Positions 59,429-64,000 of a stretch of 64,000 bases of DNA are shown in pieces (the stretch's first letter is position 1; every line of letters starts with the position of its first letter). Under the pieces are notes generated by a model. That model did not search any database, was not told where the DNA came from, and worked only from the letters and a program-made list of their open reading frames with translations. The stretch comes from Eledone cirrhosa. Its lineage: Eukaryota. Made by a program: the position numbers and the translations under genes. The stretch covers positions 10,788,001 to 10,852,000 of the forward strand of contig OZ024755.1 of the NCBI GenBank assembly GCA_964016885.1, written 5' to 3'.

Positions 59429-60715
59429 AGGCATATTCATACACACACATGCAGGCATACATACCGAAACATTCCCCCATTGTATATATAGAGAGAGATA
59501 GCGTAAATAATGCAAAAATAAATAGACTTGTTGAATAAATAATGAAGAAATTGACGAAAACGGACAAATGGTTTTGGTAAATATAGGAATCAGTAGAATG
59601 ATATATATCATATGTATATATCTATTTATCAATCTCTCTATCTATCTATCTATCTATTTGTCCATCTATATATGTATTTATCTATCTATATCTAAATCAA
59701 TCTAACCATATATGTATTTATTTATTTATATCTAAATTTATCTAACTATATATCTATTGTTCTACTTATCTATCTATCTATATATCTATCTATTTATCTA
59801 TCTATTTATCTATCTATGGTATGTTGGTCTGTCTGTCTTTTGAATAAATAATAGAAAAAAAGGATAAATGGTTTTGGTAAATAATGTAATAGGTAGAAGA
59901 AAGAATGTAGTGGGGAATGCTAGAAAACTGAAGAGATTAAGGGGGAAGAACTGTGGAGACGAGTGTGGCAGATAATGAAAGGTAGGGGGGTGAGAATTAT
60001 ATATAGTTTCTATAGACGAATGATCGAATGCGTATAACTATAGACTAATGAAGTAATAGATAGATAGATAGATAGATAGATAGGTAGATAGATGCGGACA
60101 GATTGATAGATAGAGAGAGGGAGAAACAGGCTGACAGAGATCGATATAGAGATTGAGAGAAAGAGGGAGAGATGTTCATAGATATGGACAGATTGATAGA
60201 GAGCCACAGGAACAGAGATAGATAGATAAATATATAGACAGACAGATATATAGATAGATAGTATAATATCGAGATATTTGCCTTAGGGATCCACTCTTCT
60301 GCTGCTAAAAAAGGAAAGGACTGGTCCAATTTTTCAATATGTTTTCTGGTAATCCTACTCAAACCTAGTTGTCATTTATTAGCGTACCAATAAAAGCATC
60401 AAGTCCCTGTTATTCTTTTACGTTCAATCATTGTTATTTCTAACTCAAATATTGCCTTCGGTACTTTGAGAATTTTTTTCTTTCTCTTTGTTCAGCTAGA
60501 GAATCAGATAACACTGAACAATAAGATTTCTATTTATTTATTTACTGCCGATAAATAATAATACTGCTTTTTTGTTTGCCGTCGTTTTTTCAAGAAAATC
60601 AGAAATGTGCGAGAAAATATATCTACAATGCAAATAGTTCTTATGTACCATTGATTGGCCCTTAGGATTCCTCTTTGAGCTCAAATGTTCAACGAGAGTG
60701 TTGTAGTAATTGTTA

Positions 60716-61000
60716 GACGCAACATGGCTTTATGGTTAAGAAGTTTGCTTCGCAATCATTAGGTCCCAGGTTTGATCACATTATATGGCATCTTGCAGCC
60801 TTGGGTTTACCTATATCTTGTGAGCGAAATTGTGTAGACGTGACTGTTTGGAAGCCCGGCAGATGGATTGAACTTCTACTTCAAAGGACCAGGCTCGTCA
60901 CACACTGTATCACGCTGAATCTCCTTAACAATTACGTTACGATACACGTTTCAGTGGGATGATTTCAATAGCAGGGTGTTTCGTTAAGCGACGGAGAGCC
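60716..61000 (+). mobile_element. Degenerate composite SINE (family C-like head, family B body)
   Basis: TGGCTTTATGGTTAAGAAGTTTGCTTCGCAA...CTTGTGAGCGAAATTGTGTAGACG...CACGCTGAATCTCC...TACGTTA. Confidence 0.55.
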
Positions 61001-61887
61001 ATTCTAGTAGGAAATGTTAGAGTATCCATCGATAAATGCATTGTGGAACTTGTACCGTAACTTTCCGTCATGCGTTTCAATCTAGGTGTGGCCTACATGT
61101 GTGGCAAACTTAATCCGATTTTAATTTGTCTTGAAGCGTCTGAGAAATAAATGACAGAACGATTATAGAAAATACAAATATTATATTTGTTATTATTTGT
61201 AGAATGGGATCGTTTTGGCTGACTTTTGACGATACTTGTTTTAGTTGTTTGCCCAACGGAACATCTTGTTCAGGAAAATAACATGTACGTAGCCAGGTAT
61301 TCCACAAACACATGTGCACTTAATGTAATTCTCAGCGAGATTTGGCATAACAAGACTGAATTACAGATACAGTGTATCCGATGGATTACAAACAGTTTCT
61401 GTCGATCCAAATGCACTTATATGTGAAGGCAAGAGCTGACCCGAAGCTATGGAAAATAGCACTTTCTAATGATTCTACACAATGGAATAGAGTAGAACCC
61501 GGGATCGAATGATTGCGGACTTCTTCACCATTCCATTCATGATACAGATGTTACATAATATTTAAAACATTGTATATGACAGAAAGAAACGTTAAAACAA
61601 TCTAATATATTAATCTGCGTGTGTGCTAGGGAGATTTAATTTTTTTTTTAATTTATTTATTTCAAAATGAGAATAAGAATCAGACAACAAACATTTTTTC
61701 CAAACATTACCATCGACACTAAACTCGACGCAAACAAATATTTTATTACAATAACAGGCAGTAAATTTCATACAGATTTTAATCCCCATATTTACCATGT
61801 ACTGTTGAAGCAACAATGTCGTGGTACACGACGATGGTACTTATAGCAATTGCTTCTTGTGTTAGATCTTGTTACTGATCTTAAGTT

Positions 61888-62290
61888 GAAGGCGCATGGT
61901 TTAGTAGCTATGGATGCTCGGATCACGATCGTAATGTCGATATTTTGATTCCTGGATCAGGTTTGAGTTATATCCTTGAGCAAGGCACTCATTTCTGTTT
62001 AGCTAACTGAAGCAATGTTAAAAGAGTTGTTTTATCTTGTCATTGTTTTGGTGGTACAATATACCTGGGAAAGCTGCATGAAAACATGAATTATACCAGC
62101 ACGTTGGGTCCTTGAACACGTTGCTTCAGGTCACTCAGCTGGAAGAAATTTCTTGTGCCTGCAATTAAAAAGGTCCAACTTTGTCACACACTATTCTATG
62201 TCACGCAGAAACTCTGAAAACTACGTTAATGTTACACGTATCTGTGGAATGCTCAACTAATAGTATGCTAAATTCACGAGGAGGCAGTTT
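61888..62290 (+). mobile_element. Degenerate SINE family B pieces
   Basis: GAAGGCGCATGGTTTAGT...GATTCCTGGA...TCCTTGAGCAAGGCACT, plus a later body ...AACTACGTTAATGTTACACGTATCTGTGGAATGCTCA. Confidence 0.6.
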
Positions 62291-62854
62291 TGTAGTGTGT
62301 AACAACTAATAAATTGGTCAGTCATCAAAATAGACGGAGGTCCAATACACGTACACACACACACACAAACACGCACATACAGACACAAACATATTCATTA
62401 GACTAGAGAGAAACCAACGCACACACATACATACACACACACAGCCATCAGTTTAGTTGGGGGGTCAAATACACACACACATACACATACACACATACAC
62501 ACATACACACAAACACACATGCACTTGTACTCACACATAGTCATCATAGATGGAGGTCCAATACACACACGCGCCCAAAAAGACGCATATAGAGTCACAC
62601 ACATAATGTGAGATATGCGTTACAAGAAACTTCCGGTGATTTGCTCCCGACATAAGAAGTTCATTAGAGCCATAGATAGACGGCTTGCTCGTGTCATTCA
62701 GACGCTAGAAGCTGTCTCCACTGCGATTCACTGGATGATGGTTCACCATAATTGGTCATACATTCTATCATCAGAATCTATAGCCATATTGATGTATGTG
62801 AATATGACAAATGCCTCACAAACACACATACACACACACAAACACACATATATG

Positions 62855-62918
<64 letters not shown>

Positions 62919-62979
62919 TATATATATATATACATGTGTGTGTAAATGAATGTATACCTGCATACAGACGGTCAGAAGA

Positions 62980-63057
<78 letters not shown>

Positions 63058-63485
63058 GCTGCAAAGGTCATGGGAATTGCTATTCCTCCGTTATTATATA
63101 ATGATTTGTACATATATATACATAATATATACATACATATATACGTGTGTCTTTTGTGTGCGTATATAAGTGTGTGTAGTAGGTGGACCCTTTTATTGGA
63201 AATAGTCTGTATTCATTGAAATCGGCAAAGATGTGACATTTCTGATAAATGTTTGTGTATTTCAACAAATACAACTTAACTATCCATCAATGCAGTCGTG
63301 TGGTGGAGTGAGACCAGATTGGTGTAAATGACGGTGGGGCGGAAATAGAGGAGAAAGATGAGGCAGTGAGAGAGAAAGAGTGTATGTGTGTGTATGTGTG
63401 TGTGTGTAAGGTGGTGTGTCCGAAAGGAAGGAGTGAAAGAGAAGGTAAAGAAAATGATGGCCTGGCGGAAATGAAGGAAAGTGAT

Positions 63486-63531
63486 GAGAGAGAGCGAACA
63501 AGAGAGAGAGAGGGGGAGCAAGAGAGAGAGT

Positions 63532-63579
<48 letters not shown>

Positions 63580-63815
63580 AAGAGAGAGAGAGGGGGAGCA
63601 AGAGAGAGAGTGAAAGAGAGAGAGAGAGAGAGAGAGAGCGAGCAAGAGAGAGAGAGAGGGGGAGCAAGAGAGAGAGTGAAAGAGAGAGAGAGAGAGAGCG
63701 AGCAAGAGAGAGAGAGGGGGAGCAAGAGAGAGAGTGAAAGAGAGAGAGAGAGAGAGAGCAAGAGAGAGAGGGGGGAGCAAGAGAGAGAGTGAAAGCGAGA
63801 GAGCGAGAGTGAAAG
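63486..63815. repeat. Purine-rich (GA)n higher-order repeat
   Basis: Unit approximately GAGCAA(GA)nGGGGAGCAA(GA)nGTGAAA(GA)n repeated ~5 times. Confidence 0.92.
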
Positions 63816-64000
63816 GAGAAAGAAATAATATGAATAATGAAAAAGACAAAGAAACAAGAAAGAAGAGAAAGAGTTATAGATAGAAATGTTATGTGTCAGG
63901 CGCTTAATTATAATTGTAGCTCGTAAGATGGCGCTTCTTATCCAGTGACGTGTCAACATTGCACCGTATGATTTAAAGACATTAAATGACTGGTTTTGAT

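Overview
AT-rich, microsatellite-saturated eukaryotic non-coding DNA (intronic or intergenic). The SINE families and repeat landscape look like an octopus/cephalopod genome, which is an inference. No host protein-coding gene can be supported: almost all long ORFs in the track are translations of (TA)n, (CA)n, (GA)n or (GGT)n repeats. Supported features are many tRNA-derived SINE copies (several with target-site duplications ending in ATAAT), RTE-clade LINE fragments including a 5'-inverted twin-priming-type insertion, a probable Helitron 3' end, and about ten fold-back structures in or next to (TA)n tracts. The main finding is a set of small non-coding elements carrying type I hammerhead ribozyme (HHR) motifs. 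The best case is 11928-12610: two inverted copies of a terminally redundant, structured ~321-nt unit, each with a complete HHR carrying the compensatory U3-A8 core variant and a long extended stem I. Two further unrelated HHR-motif families occur in two copies each (25903/41268 and 4833/36651). This suggests retrozyme- or Penelope-type non-autonomous retroelements that may make circular RNAs and insert into TA microsatellites. All structures were read by eye and none was computed.
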